Numbered from the stretch's first letter, positions 10,283 through 22,316 are shown. The stretch: 64,000 nt of DNA from an uncultured Nitrososphaeraceae archaeon (GCA_963837175.1 CAWIMJ010000050.1:32001-96000), one strand, 5' to 3'. Numbers and translations: made by a program. Notes: generated by a model from the letters alone, not told the origin.

Positions 10283-11540
10283 TTAAAATCCCGCTCTAAC
10301 TGGATCATCTGGCTTCATTAGTTCTCGCAATAAAGTTGTTGCATATGATCCCTTTGGAAGTTTAAAACATACTGTAAGCGATCCTCTAAATGTGAAGTCT
10401 TTAGACCACAGAGGCGCTTGTCTAAAACCTCCTTGAGCACTTAATTCTTGCATCTCTTTTATGTAAAATTCTCTTGGTGTTATGCCTTCCATACTCATTA
10501 TTTTTTCTGTAATTGTGTCAAATCTTCCTTTGCCTGGTTGAAATGTATATCCTATTAGACGAATTGCTGGAACTGTTTGTGAATTTGAATCCGAACTCGA
10601 ATTATATTTTCTTATTCTGCCAAAAATTGATGAATTCTCTATTTCAAAGCATAGATCGCCTTCCTTGCTCTTTAGTACATTTTCACCATTTAAAACTGCA
10701 ACGCTCAAGGATCTATTAAAAATATATGCCTGATAAGCCTGAACAAATAACCTTCGGATGTTAATTGGAATGGATCGCAATGCTCGCTATCGGTCCCTTG
10801 CCCTTTTCTAATACTGACATTACTTGGTATTCTATATCCATCCGTTTAGGAAGTTCTCTAATAATTTGAGAATAGTTCTTTGGATCACGGCTTTTATTCC
10901 TTATCTCAATGCTCAGAGTGGAATCATATTCAGTGGTAAAAGTTAACAGAAGTTCTACTGCTTTTTGAAAATTGCGTTTTACAATTTCTTTTCCGACTAG
11001 ATGAGTAACCATTCTTTCACTTCCGAATCTTTGCAATCCATAAAAATTTGCTATAGTTTGTATCTCTGGTAGAAATGAGGTAATGTCTGAAAGGATAGGA
11101 TTGTTAATGGTAATTGTAAATGCATTTCCAGATAGAGAAGATTTTCCTATTGGGGCTTTAGTAAAGCCTTTCAAAGTTAAACGCGTATGCGCTGTTGTTG
11201 CTTCGTTTATTATATTTTTTGTCTGCTCTGAGCTAGCGTATTGTTTTGTTATTGCTTTCGCATCTTTTAGACCAATAACTTTCAGTTTAATACCAAGCTT
11301 CCTTTTAATCTCAAAGATTGCATGGTTTGAATCAATATTTCTTTTGTCCAAAATGTATAGTGGATATTTATGATGCTCATCTTGGATGGATGATATGTTG
11401 GCTAGGAAAGATGTATCTATTATCTCCGAAACTCTAAACTCCTCGTTACTACGCTTTATAGAACCACGGATCCCTTTATAGTCAGTACAGTAGCATTCAA
11501 TGCCAGCAAGTTTGTCAATTTTTGGAACTTGGGTATTCAT
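10283..11540 (-). CDS. truD: tRNA pseudouridine(13) synthase TruD, split by a 1-nt insertion at about 10785
   Basis: GLKDAKAITKQY, NFYGLQRFG and FKLPKGSYATTLLRE motifs. Removing C10785 fuses the two ORFs (GPIAALRSIP). Confidence 0.92.
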
Positions 11541-11869
11541 TCATTTTAACATCTCGGGTATGTTAAAGAATCCGATAAAGAGTAATCGAATTTGTGTAAC
11601 ATAGGTATATCATAATCATGAATAAAAACAAACAACAAAATATAAATTTAAATCATAGTAACAGACAGATCTACTATACCATATTTTGCTGATATCATTC
11701 TTGTAGTGATCGTCACCGTCGTAATCCTTGTCAACTTGGATTGTTGTATTGTTGTTCTGTAGTAACGTATAAGTTTGCTGACACTTAAATTAGAGGATTA
11801 GACAAATTCTATTATAGTAGTCTGAATACTAGAAGAAAGGATTTATATCAATTCAAACCACATGAATGT

Positions 11870-12262
11870 ATGGGTTTAGGACAATATATGGCTAAAGAGT
11901 TTATGAAGGAATTGGGTAATAGATCCAAAGAATTCTATGAATTTATAGTGCCAGCCATAGACATGGTCGAAGATGGCAATGACCTAATGATTTTAATTGA
12001 TCTGCCAGGTTTTGCTAAGAAGGATATAAAGCTTAGGATAGTAGGAAATTTGTTGTCGATTAATGCAAGAAGAGAAACAGAAGAGAACATGGGCACTGTC
12101 TATTATAGACAAAGACCTACTGTGATAGAAAAGAAAATAATATTACCAATTTCATTGAGTGATGATGATGATGGAAAGGTAATTGGTACAGCCAAATATG
12201 TAGACGGCGTTGTAACACTGAGAATGCCAATTCCAATGTCAAGTAATATTCCAATAATATAA
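11870..12262 (+). CDS. Small heat-shock protein (Hsp20/alpha-crystallin)
   Basis: PAIDMVE..DLPGFAKKDI..AKYVDGVVTL. Confidence 0.92.
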   Translation: MGLGQYMAKEFMKELGNRSKEFYEFIVPAIDMVEDGNDLMILIDLPGFAKKDIKLRIVGNLLSINARRETEENMGTVYYRQRPTVIEKKIILPISLSDDDDGKVIGTAKYVDGVVTLRMPIPMSSNIPII

Positions 12263-12578
12263 TAAGTAGGGTTTAACATAATAGATAGAAAATCGCCCTT
12301 GTTTGGATAAATGACCTAACTTCATTTTATCTCTCTGTGATCTCTCTCTTTTTCGCTCTTTGCTTTAGTTTATTAAAAATTTTGTATTCTTGTGTTTATG
12401 GCAGTGTCTTGAGTTGATAGCTAGGTATCAAAGACATTGTATTAGTTTCTGATCATTTAGTATAACAAAATATGATACTTGCGAGTTGGATGGTGGCAAA
12501 GTCTTGGATTTTTATGGACTGAATTAACAACGCATTTTAATAGGTGGATATCATATCACTTGATAAATAGTAATTGCA

Positions 12579-13013
12579 ATGTCAAATAAAGTGTTGGCAG
12601 GTAATAATGGTGGTTCATGTTTAGAAGTACCTCCACCTAACAAAAGGCGAATCCTGGTTGTAGATGATGAACCTGATATTGCTTCAATTTTCAAAATAAG
12701 CTTAGAATATAATGGATTTGAGGTTGACGCATACAATGATCCACTGTTGGCATTATCCAGCTTCAAAGCCGATTTCTATGGGCTTCTGCTTCTCGATATT
12801 AAAATGCCAGGAATGACTGGCTTTGAGTTGTATAAGGAAGTAATGAAGATAGACAATAAAGTCAAAGTCTGTTTTTTGACAGCATACGATCTTTCTTATG
12901 ATGAATTCAGACTACAATTACCTGCATTGAGCGTAAAATGTTTTCTAAGAAAACCAATCTTAATTCCTGATCTGGTAAAACGGATAGATTTAGAACTATC
13001 TCATAACAAATAA
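12579..13013 (+). CDS. Stand-alone response-regulator receiver protein
   Basis: ILVVDDE, LLDIKMPGMTG, FLTA and FLRKP motifs. Confidence 0.93.
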   Translation: MSNKVLAGNNGGSCLEVPPPNKRRILVVDDEPDIASIFKISLEYNGFEVDAYNDPLLALSSFKADFYGLLLLDIKMPGMTGFELYKEVMKIDNKVKVCFLTAYDLSYDEFRLQLPALSVKCFLRKPILIPDLVKRIDLELSHNK

Positions 13014-13415
13014 ATAATAAGATACACCCATTTCCATCTTTTATTGTATGGATACTGACGTCAATACATGCTGTTATGGTATGATCGCAAGTGGTAGAGC
13101 AAAATGGGCGCCTCTACGAAAGAAAACAAAGCGCTAATGAGAGAAACTAAAACTATGCTTACAGAGAATCTTCGTACCGCTATCGACAAGTCCATCAGAA
13201 GTTGAACAACTTATAAACAATATAAATGACAACCTAGATCGAGCAAAGCAGCTATTCAATGGCACATCATGTACAAAAAAGGCTTGATATGTGTTTGTAT
13301 TTAGTGGTTTTCCAGTTAATAATAATTATTGTGCGTCATTGTAATAAGGATAACAATACAAAATACTAGTTGGTTATCGAAATACAAATAAAGCCCTGTG
13401 AGTGTTTTACCCGTT

Positions 13416-14732
13416 ATGAGCGCGAGTAAAAAACCACATTTGAACTTGGTGGTTGTCGGTCATGTCGATAATGGTAAATCAACTACGGTAGGTCATTTGA
13501 TGGTCGATTTGGGTGTTATTGACCAAAGAACTATTGACTCATTTGCTAAGGAATCGGAAGCAACAGGAAAGGGAGACACCTTCAAGTATGCATGGGTTTT
13601 AGACAGTATTAAGGACGAACGTGATAGAGGCATTACTATTGATCTTGCTTTTCAAAAATTCGAAACTCCAAAATTCTTCTATACTTTGATCGATGCTCCT
13701 GGTCATAGAGATTTTATAAAAAATATGATTACGGGTGCATCTGAGGCAGATGCCGCCATTCTTGTTGTTTCAGTTAAACCAGGTGAAACAGAAGCTGCTG
13801 TAGAACCTGGTGGCCAGGCAAGAGAACATGCATTCCTTGCTAGGACTCTCGGAGTAAGTCAAATTGTAGTCGCCTTGAATAAGATGGATGATACTGGTTA
13901 TTCTGAAGCACGTTATAAAGAAGTCAAAGAGACAGTTGAAAAAATGTTGAAACTTGTTGGTTACAATATAAGTAAGGTGCAAATCATTCCTATTTCAGGA
14001 TGGAAAGGTGATAATCTAATAAAGAAGTCTGAAAATATGCCTTGGTATAAAGGTCCTACCCTTGCAGAAGCGTTGGACTCATTTGAACCACCAGAGAAAC
14101 CAGTAGGTAAGCCACTCAGAATTCCTATCCAAGATGTCTATTCTATCACAGGTGTAGGCACAGTACCTGTAGGTAGAGTAGAAACAGGTACCATTAGTGC
14201 AAATGATAAAGTAATAGTGATGCCAGCAGGTGTAACAGGAGAGGTTAAATCCATTGAAACTCATCACACACAAATGCAATCCGCAGAAGCTGGTGATAAT
14301 ATTGGCTTCAATCTGAGGGGTGTTGACAAGAAATCTATAAAGCGTGGAGATGTAATTGGTCCGGTAAATAACCCGCCTACTGTTGCAAAAGAATTAGAGG
14401 CACAAATTATAGTCATCCATCATCCAACCGCTATGGCACCAGGTTATACTCCTGTATTACATGCTCATACAGCTCAGGTGGCAGCAACTTTATCAGAATT
14501 TGTGGGAAAGATCGATCCAAAAACAGGCGGTGTTGTTGAAGAAAAACCTAAATTTTTGAAGACAGGGGATGCTGCAATAGTTCGAATAAAACCAGTAAGA
14601 CCTTTGGCCATCGAAACATTCAAAGAGTTTCCAGAGATCGGCAGATTTGCTTTAAGAGATATGGGAACGACGATCGCTGCAGGTGTTGTGAAGGCAATTA
14701 CTGAGAAATATGATCCCTCTTCTAAAAAGTAG
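13416..14732 (+). CDS. tuf: Translation elongation factor EF-1 alpha
   Basis: GHVDNGKST, RGITID, DAPGHRDF and NKMD motifs. Start is ATG 13416 or GTG 13398. Confidence 0.98.
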   Translation: MSASKKPHLNLVVVGHVDNGKSTTVGHLMVDLGVIDQRTIDSFAKESEATGKGDTFKYAWVLDSIKDERDRGITIDLAFQKFETPKFFYTLIDAPGHRDFIKNMITGASEADAAILVVSVKPGETEAAVEPGGQAREHAFLARTLGVSQIVVALNKMDDTGYSEARYKEVKETVEKMLKLVGYNISKVQIIPISGWKGDNLIKKSENMPWYKGPTLAEALDSFEPPEKPVGKPLRIPIQDVYSITGVGTVPVGRVETGTISANDKVIVMPAGVTGEVKSIETHHTQMQSAEAGDNIGFNLRGVDKKSIKRGDVIGPVNNPPTVAKELEAQIIVIHHPTAMAPGYTPVLHAHTAQVAATLSEFVGKIDPKTGGVVEEKPKFLKTGDAAIVRIKPVRPLAIETFKEFPEIGRFALRDMGTTIAAGVVKAITEKYDPSSKK

Positions 14733-14741
14733 GGAATAGAA

Positions 14742-15053
14742 ATGGCTCAAGAGGCAAGAATTAAGCTTACGAGTACTAATCTGTCTACACTTGAAGGTGT
14801 CTGCACCGAGATTAAGGGAATTGGAGAAAAGAACGGGATTAGACTCAAGGGTCCACATCCTCTTCCTACAAAAAAGATGAAAGTGGTTACTCGCAAATCG
14901 CCATGTGGACAGGGGACAAACACTTACGATAAATACGAACTTAGAATTCATAGAAGAGTCATCGATCTGGGAGCTGATGATAAGTCAATTAGACAGTTAA
15001 TGCGATTAAAAATACCTGATGACGTATACATAGAAGTATCACTTACTCAGTGA
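14742..15053 (+). CDS. rpsJ: 30S ribosomal protein S10 (uS10)
   Basis: GPHPLPTKK..TRKSPCGQG..RIHRRVID. Directly follows tuf. Confidence 0.98.
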   Translation: MAQEARIKLTSTNLSTLEGVCTEIKGIGEKNGIRLKGPHPLPTKKMKVVTRKSPCGQGTNTYDKYELRIHRRVIDLGADDKSIRQLMRLKIPDDVYIEVSLTQ

Positions 15054-15487
15054 GACCTGTATAAAATGGTGTCAAGTTTCTTTATTACTTTAATCCTTTA
15101 AGACTAGTTAATTTTCTAAATATTGTCTTTGATGGGTAATAGGACATATTATTATAGCATCGGATGTAAGATATAAAAATAAATAATAAAAAAATCAAAT
15201 AATATTCTAAAGATTGTGGGAATATGTATACAGCAACAGCTTCATTATCATATTTGCCAATATATCTCCACCCATCAGTTATCGGTTCTTCAGTAGTTCT
15301 CGCAGATTCGTGCAACATAGATCTGTGGAACTTTAGATTGCCTGCTATATGTGCAGTAAAATTGGTTGCTGTGTCAATCCTGTGTATGTATGTGTATCTC
15401 TAAGGTTAGCTTAATTTCCTTTGATAGTATCTTCTTATTCCTCATCAATTATATCAAGTTTCTTAAGACGTTGATGGCAGGGTATTC

Positions 15488-16173
15488 TCAGCTGAAGGGA
15501 AACACAAAAGGAGCATCACCATTATTTTCTGCTGATGAGGCTTTACCATTCTTTAAAGAATTACTGTTGTATGAAGTAGTGGTATCATTTACTTTTGATG
15601 TTGGTATTGGTTGTTCTTGTTGTTGTTCTTGATTCTTGTTCATCACGCCTAAGACAATTACGCTATTCCATTTTGTTAAGTTAGCAGGACTACTGAGACA
15701 AGATAATTTAGAAGTTAGTTCATTTGTTCCATTTACAATGAGATGGTAATTGTGTGTATATGTAAAATTCCATGTTGAATAATCATTTACTCCACCACTA
15801 CCAGTTGCACAGCTTTTTGAAATGGTTTTATATCATTTACATCGGCATACACTGTACAATCAGAAGTAGCATTATCTGTAGATGTACCAGAGATAGTGAG
15901 TTCTCCGACTGGAACATCTTGACCCTGTTCATGTGAAGTAATCTTTAATCCCAGTGGATTTTGTAATTGTGCATATATTGTAGTGTTAGTCAAAGTAACA
16001 GAAACAAAGATGATTATTGCTAAAGTAACGAGAGCGTAAATTGCCCTAAGAGTCTTATGAAATGAGAATGATAATAATGCCTTTTTCAAACTGTTTACAT
16101 TGCTTTTTAACAATTGGCAATATATAACCATTAGATTGCGATAATTCCGACCTCGATGGTTAAAAGATTTCAC
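15488..16173 (-). pseudogene. Secreted Ig-like-domain protein, frameshift at about 15810
   Basis: Signal/TM segment, then KITSHEQGQDVPVGELTISGTSTDNATSDC, continuing in another frame as ATGSGGVNDYSTWNFTY...TSKLSC...PFVFPFS* (TGA 15488). Confidence 0.7.
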
Positions 16174-16527
16174 TTTAGGAGTTTATTTTAGCATATACCA
16201 AAGCGTCGTTAGTCTTGTCTAATTCTTATAATAACAAATTACATATTATATTTTTCCTAAAGCTGTAAAAGCGTATCTTGTTTAATTTCACGATGATTCT
16301 TTCTGATATAGTAACTGACAATTATGTTATACACATTACTTTTTTATGCTCTGTGGTAAGAGAAAAGGACAACCAATACAGTAGCAAGAAATGAGATACG
16401 ATATGATAAGTCCCGATATCGCAATTGAGCAATATGTTAAGTTACCAATATTATACAACCCTTTCAATGAATTTTGACTATACTTCCTACAAAATTAATT
16501 TAAATAATGAGATAATCTCTTATAATA

Positions 16528-17040
16528 ATGAATTTTAGATCTGCAGTCAAAGTATCTCTAGGAAATCTTATCGTATTCATACTGACATGTGCCTTAATGG
16601 GTATATCTTTTGCTCAAAGTAATTCAGATATTGATTTGTTGTTCCACCTGATAATATAACTGTCGCGACGGGAGCTTATGTCTTACAAGGCACAAGTGAT
16701 GACGGCATCTTCAAAGTACTGGTAGATTGGAAACAAAATTATCTAGACAAAGAAAATACTTTTGATCTAACATTTATAGATTCCAATTCTGGCGTACACA
16801 TTGAAAATATAAGCTATGATATAATGTTATTTAAGGATGATCAGCATATAGCAGAATCACACCGACCTGCTCAGACAGCAGGACAACAAAAGTTTGTCTT
16901 TCCTGATCAAGGATCTTATACTCTAAGAATTGAGAAAATTAACAATACAGGAGCAGGCATTGACATACCACTCAAAGTATTACCTAATTCCCTTTAACAT
17001 ATTTGCATTAATGATAGTTATACTACTATTTTAGTAGGAT
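16528..17040 (+). pseudogene. Secreted protein with a decayed PEF-type C-terminal sorting signal
   Basis: Signal peptide MNFRSAVKVSLGNLIVFILTCALMGISFAQ, a shift near 16636, then about 115 open codons (..SDDGIFKVLVDWK..YDIMLFK..GSYTLRIEKIN..LKVLP). CCT-AA-TTC-CCT would read PEFP with one base restored, followed by a hydrophobic tail. End approximate. Confidence 0.6.
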
Positions 17041-17587
17041 AATATTTCTACAAGTCTAAATTGGCAGATTAGGAAAATAAAAAAAATAGGGAATTGAATT
17101 TTACATTTTTTAATATACACATCCAATAATAAATATTATTGGTGCCTCTATCACTATTTCTTGTGACTATTCTTTTGTAACTTCATTTTTATCTAATTAA
17201 CAGCCGATATCCTTTTGACAAAATTGAACCGCTTATCTAGATACCTTTTACAGGATATTCTAGTAGCTCTTTTATTATATTATATAATAATAATCTAATA
17301 TATTAATCAATTATTTTTATAACTACCTATTATACGATCGTTTTTATTATAAGATTTCCAAAGGAAACTGATAAAACTCAAAATATGGTCATGCATATTT
17401 GATGATTGGTGTATTGAAGCAGTTAGTTTATAAATGAAATAGCTCGATAAATGTATAATTCTTGTAACTTGTTGAATTTGGATTAGATAGTATGACATTG
17501 ACGTCATTTATCAGTCTAATGGTTTATTATGGTGTTTAATACCATTGTTTACCAATATTTATATGTCAGTAATGTTCTACATCCATT

Positions 17588-18196
17588 GTGTCAACAAAAA
17601 AAGAAGAACGTAAAGAAGAGACAACAGTAACAACATCACAATCACAATCGCCATCACAGACAAGTGAACAGCAACAACAAGCTGTTAATAGGGCATTACA
17701 AGAAACCAAAGATAATATCAGAAAAACATCAGATGAGGCAAGAAATCAAATTCCACGATATACTCAAGCCGTCAATGATTATCAAGAGCAAACTATTCAA
17801 GCGACCAGAGAAATTGCAGATAACTATATAGATTCACAAAAAGAGATTATCAACTCATTCCAGTCGGCATTGATTCCTCAGCTTGAGAATGCAAACAGAG
17901 TATTATGGTCAAATTGGGTATCTCCAAGACACTTTACTGAAACATATGCAAGAATAGTAAGCAGCTTTGCTGATAACACGATTGCAGCAACCAGACTAGC
18001 AAATAATGCTATATTTGCAAATATGGAAGCGTTCAAGACATCTATGCAACATGCAAAAGAGAATGCAAAGGAATTATCAAGAATAGGTGTTAATGCTGCG
18101 AAGACATTCGAGCAGACTACAAGAGATGCTGACAGATCAGGTAATACTGTAAGTGGCTACTCTGTAGAAACAGAAGGACGACAAAGACGCTATTAG
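17588..18196 (+). CDS. All-helical Gln/Ala/Thr-rich protein, possibly phasin-like
   Basis: Clean 202-aa ORF, amphipathic helical pattern, no Cys, no TM. Function is inference. Confidence 0.75.
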   Translation: MSTKKEERKEETTVTTSQSQSPSQTSEQQQQAVNRALQETKDNIRKTSDEARNQIPRYTQAVNDYQEQTIQATREIADNYIDSQKEIINSFQSALIPQLENANRVLWSNWVSPRHFTETYARIVSSFADNTIAATRLANNAIFANMEAFKTSMQHAKENAKELSRIGVNAAKTFEQTTRDADRSGNTVSGYSVETEGRQRRY

Positions 18197-18742
18197 GTAT
18201 CAAGAACACAGATATCTTTTTTTCTCTTTTATTTTATAATAATTTATTATCATTCTATATAAGAAAAAAGTCTACATGATATCACTACATTAAAGAGTAT
18301 ATTCCATACAGTTTTCCTTCTTAAATCATCGTTAACCGTGGCATACAAGAAAGAGAGTTTAGCAAAAGGCTATAACTAAAAATTTATTTATTCAATTAAT
18401 TTGTTTTAGAAATTAATAATAATCCATAGTCGTCTATATCTTTGTCCAGTAAAAGGTCCCACAATATTAGAGATCAATAGCTAATGATGATACTATATAC
18501 AAATTGCTACCAAATTGATACAAATTAATAATTTGAAAAAATAATATATATATGATACAAAACTGTAAGTTATCAGTAAAAATTTTACTCTTGCTTTATC
18601 TTAATTGATTACCCATAATAATTTATATTATTCATTGTTATAAATAGCAAAAAGGGAAAAAATTATGAAATATTATGTATCATTCACTCCTATCTTCGAT
18701 CCTCCCGATAAATACCAATAGATATATAACTTATTATAAGTT

Positions 18743-19264
18743 ATGATGACAACAGTGCACATTATGGATATAGAGAAGTCTGTTATTGCCAAGTCAACAG
18801 GGCAACAAGATGAGAATGACATGAAGCCTCAAGACGCAGTACTATTTACTGTCTTACTCTCAGAAAAAAAATTATCTAAAAAGGAAGCTAATTACAGGGA
18901 AAAATATAACGAAAACACGAAAAACAGTCATTCTTGCATAAAGTGTAAATTTAATTTAGCTGATGAAAAGATGTGTCATGTTGTCGAAGGTGAAGTCAAT
19001 AATGATCTTGGTATTTCAAACTATTTCTCACCGAAAGGTGATGGAATGTTGCCAGGCGATATTGTATGGGAGTTCGTCAAGAAAACAGGAAGAAAACTGA
19101 AGTATGAAGAGGGACATGTTATTGAAAAAGGTGCAGAAGAATTCCAGTGCAAACACTGCAAATACTACATGTATTCCCATAGCTGTCTATTAATAAATGG
19201 TAGCTTTGAGCCGGAGATGAGTTGTGGATTCATAGTAAAGATCGGTAATGGGACGATTGTTTAA
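18743..19264 (+). CDS. Protein with two tandem HiPIP-like Cys domains
   Basis: KLSKKEANY..CIKCKF..CHVVEGEV..GISNYF and CKHCKYY..CLLINGSFEPEMSCGF. Confidence 0.65.
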   Translation: MMTTVHIMDIEKSVIAKSTGQQDENDMKPQDAVLFTVLLSEKKLSKKEANYREKYNENTKNSHSCIKCKFNLADEKMCHVVEGEVNNDLGISNYFSPKGDGMLPGDIVWEFVKKTGRKLKYEEGHVIEKGAEEFQCKHCKYYMYSHSCLLINGSFEPEMSCGFIVKIGNGTIV

Positions 19265-19839
19265 ATCATGTCAAAAGCGATTACCACTTGATTGTTTCTA
19301 TACTGCCTAACATAATTTCGTATATCCTTTAAAACCAAGTAAAAGGATTTTTTAAGCATAGTAAAGCTTACATATTAAGAAAAATCTGTAAACGAACTTT
19401 TGTTAGTTAGTATATAAATATAAAAATATATTATTAGTAAAATGCTAGATTTGAACAATTAGAATATAAGATGATTCAAATGATACGAAGTCTTCATTCT
19501 AATCTTAATTTGACCAACAATTGCTTCTACATTTTTAAGATATCCACAATCCAGTCGATCTGTAAAAATATCATTACACAGGAAAAGCATGATATAAATG
19601 CGCTCTTTATCTTTAAAATGAAATATTTAGAACTGACAATATACATTTGCTTTTTTGACAAAGCACAAGAGATTATCTCATTTCAAGTTATTTGGATATA
19701 TTAAATGGCCATTGTATACTTTATACGCAAGAAAACATATGGAAGAAAAAGGGGGTTTTAGGAATTATCAATCAATAATACTAATGTAGTTAAAACTGAC
19801 CGTTCTGATGATGACAATAATAACAATATCGTAGATGAC

Positions 19840-20799
19840 ATGAGAAACCAAAAGGGACATGAATATGATAATATTTTCGATGTGGCTATAATAGGTGCTG
19901 GATTTGCTGGGTTGTCTGCTGCATTGCTCCTTGGAAGATATCTTCTTCCCACGATAATTTTTAATGGCGGAGATACAAGAAATTCGATGAGTAAACATAT
20001 TCATGGGTATCTAGGTTTTGAAAATTTACCGCCAAAACAATTTATTCAAAAAGCTTGGGCAGATGTACTGCAATATGATTCAATCAAGGTAATAAAGCAA
20101 AAAGTTGATAAGATTGAAAGGTATGATCAATTCTTTCTGCTGATTACTGAAGGAGGAAGAAAGTCGGTAAAAGCAAAGTATATAATAATTGCAACAGGCA
20201 TTCAAGATGTAAAGCCCAACATAAAAAATTTCGAAGAATTTGACGGAAATGGAATATGGCATTGTCCTCACTGTGATGGGTTTCAAACTACCAACAAAAA
20301 ACTATCCATAATTACATCTAAAAAGAATAATCCCTTACGCTATGCAAAAGAGTTCTTGGGTTGGACTAAAGAGATAACCTTGTTTATGCAAGATGATGAT
20401 GATAAATATCACTTAGCAGATAATGAAAGAACCGAAGCCAAGACCTTGGGTATGGAGATAGTTGAAAATGACCAAGTAACAGAAATAATTGGGAGTCAAA
20501 GTGGATTTCCTGAAGGAGTTGTTTGTAAAAGTGGAAGATTCTATGCTACACAGGTAATATTTTATCATCTTGGATATTGCATTCAAAATCATCTTGCAAA
20601 ACAAGTAGGTTGTGAACTTGATGAAGGGTATGTTAAGATAAATGCCATGCAGAAAACAACCGTACCTAATGTTTATGCAGCTGGAGATATAGACACAGAC
20701 AGACATTATGTAGTCTTGGCTGCAGCTAGTGGTGCATTAGCTGCAATATCTATTTATGAAGAAATGTTAAAAGATGCAATTAGAATGATAAAAAGTTAA
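19840..20799 (+). CDS. Thioredoxin-reductase-like FAD/NAD(P) oxidoreductase
   Basis: IIGAGFAG, IATG, CPHCDG and TTVPNVYAAGD motifs. Confidence 0.92.
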   Translation: MRNQKGHEYDNIFDVAIIGAGFAGLSAALLLGRYLLPTIIFNGGDTRNSMSKHIHGYLGFENLPPKQFIQKAWADVLQYDSIKVIKQKVDKIERYDQFFLLITEGGRKSVKAKYIIIATGIQDVKPNIKNFEEFDGNGIWHCPHCDGFQTTNKKLSIITSKKNNPLRYAKEFLGWTKEITLFMQDDDDKYHLADNERTEAKTLGMEIVENDQVTEIIGSQSGFPEGVVCKSGRFYATQVIFYHLGYCIQNHLAKQVGCELDEGYVKINAMQKTTVPNVYAAGDIDTDRHYVVLAAASGALAAISIYEEMLKDAIRMIKS

Positions 20800-21381
20800 C
20801 ATACCAATCAGAGTGTTATTTTTGGGCATCATTTGCATTGACAAATCTGTGGATTAATTGGAGCCGTGGTAGTATAAAATAAAATTGATGATAGATGATA
20901 ATACGTTTTTCTTTATTTTTTTTATCTAAAATGATGGCCAAATCATACCTACTAGAATTATACAAGAAAAGAAGACTGTCATACACTATTCTTATACTAG
21001 AGCGTAAAGAGAAAACCTTCAAAAAGACATCCGAAGATATTATTTAAGTTTCTTTTTCCATGATTCCCATTTTGATAATACATACTATTTTACATATCTC
21101 TATTCCTCAAGGATCTTTTTGCACTGTTATTTGAAGTGTTAATTATACTCTTCTAGTTCTTACTGTTCTTACTGAAGCTGATGATTTGTTTTTACTACCT
21201 TGATGAACAGAAAGAAAAGTAATTTTGAGCGTCCACGGTGTCAGAGTAAGTACATGTAATTCAAGTGACTTAAGGATATATGTATGATATTACAAATAAC
21301 AAATCAACAAGTAAAGAAAATTGACAGTTCAATTTTAGATTAATTATATGCTAGTAAATGTCTGGTATTTTGAAATTTGCC

Positions 21382-21720
21382 TTAGGTACTATTAATGAGA
21401 GTTTGTAAATTATGAAATAATGGTTTTATCTCTGAGATAGGACCTTGTATTTCAATCCTTGTAGTACCTTGTATATAGATTCTTGCTGTTCTAAAAATCA
21501 AACCCTTTTCCGTATATTCAATTCCCTGAAGCCTGTCGAGGCGCTCACTAACAATATCATCTGATTTTAGAAGGTGTCCTCTTTGTGCATATAATATTAT
21601 CCGTTTATCTGATATCAGAACTTTGTATTTTTTAGCTGCATATTGTACAAAGGTTGTGCTGTGAAATTTCACGTTTTCTAGAGGCAGCAAAAAATCCTGT
21701 AACGGCATTTGTTTTAACAT
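21382..21720 (-). CDS. PH-like domain small protein
   Basis: LISDKRIILY..G.L..IEYTEKGL pattern typical of bacterial-type PH domains. Confidence 0.6.
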   Translation of the reverse strand: MLKQMPLQDFLLPLENVKFHSTTFVQYAAKKYKVLISDKRIILYAQRGHLLKSDDIVSERLDRLQGIEYTEKGLIFRTARIYIQGTTRIEIQGPISEIKPLFHNLQTLINST

Positions 21721-22316
21721 TAGGAATTTTCAGAATACTATATTTAGCAAAAACAGTTGCAAGAATTTACCAAAATTGGTAACTAATCCAAACGATCATA
21801 TGTTACATAATATTGTTCTATGTACCGTTTAAATATATGAACACGAACAACACCAGGATCGATTAGGATTTGCCTTCGTTGTCTATTGTGTATAACAACA
21901 GGCAAGGCGATTGCTACGACGGTGTTTTATATTGATAATTTATTAAAAAGCTTAAACTGCATTGATAGATTTAGAAACAGAATCTATACTTTCTTTTTTA
22001 AATATATTTATAACTTTATTATAGAACAAGAACTTTCGATTGTTGTCTCCCTTTCATGTCATTCATTGAACAGCTTACCTATTGTGACATAAAGCAATAC
22101 ACAATGTGTGTGTATCTGTGTGTGCAAATGTATGTTCTGCAACTGCTGTTGTTGTTATTAATGGGATATGTTATCTAAACACAATAGGACTTTATTTTGA
22201 TATTACAAAATCTAGAATAAAGTGAGCAGTTAAATTAACACCCAATTTGCATTTAAAATAAAATTTTAGTTCTATATTTCATCCATTCATAGCAAATTGT
22301 AGCGGTCAGAGCCGGA

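Noticed and set aside
10761-10800. Programmed frameshifting in truD or the transposase
   Set aside because: No slippery heptamer or stimulatory structure seen. A simple indel explains it.
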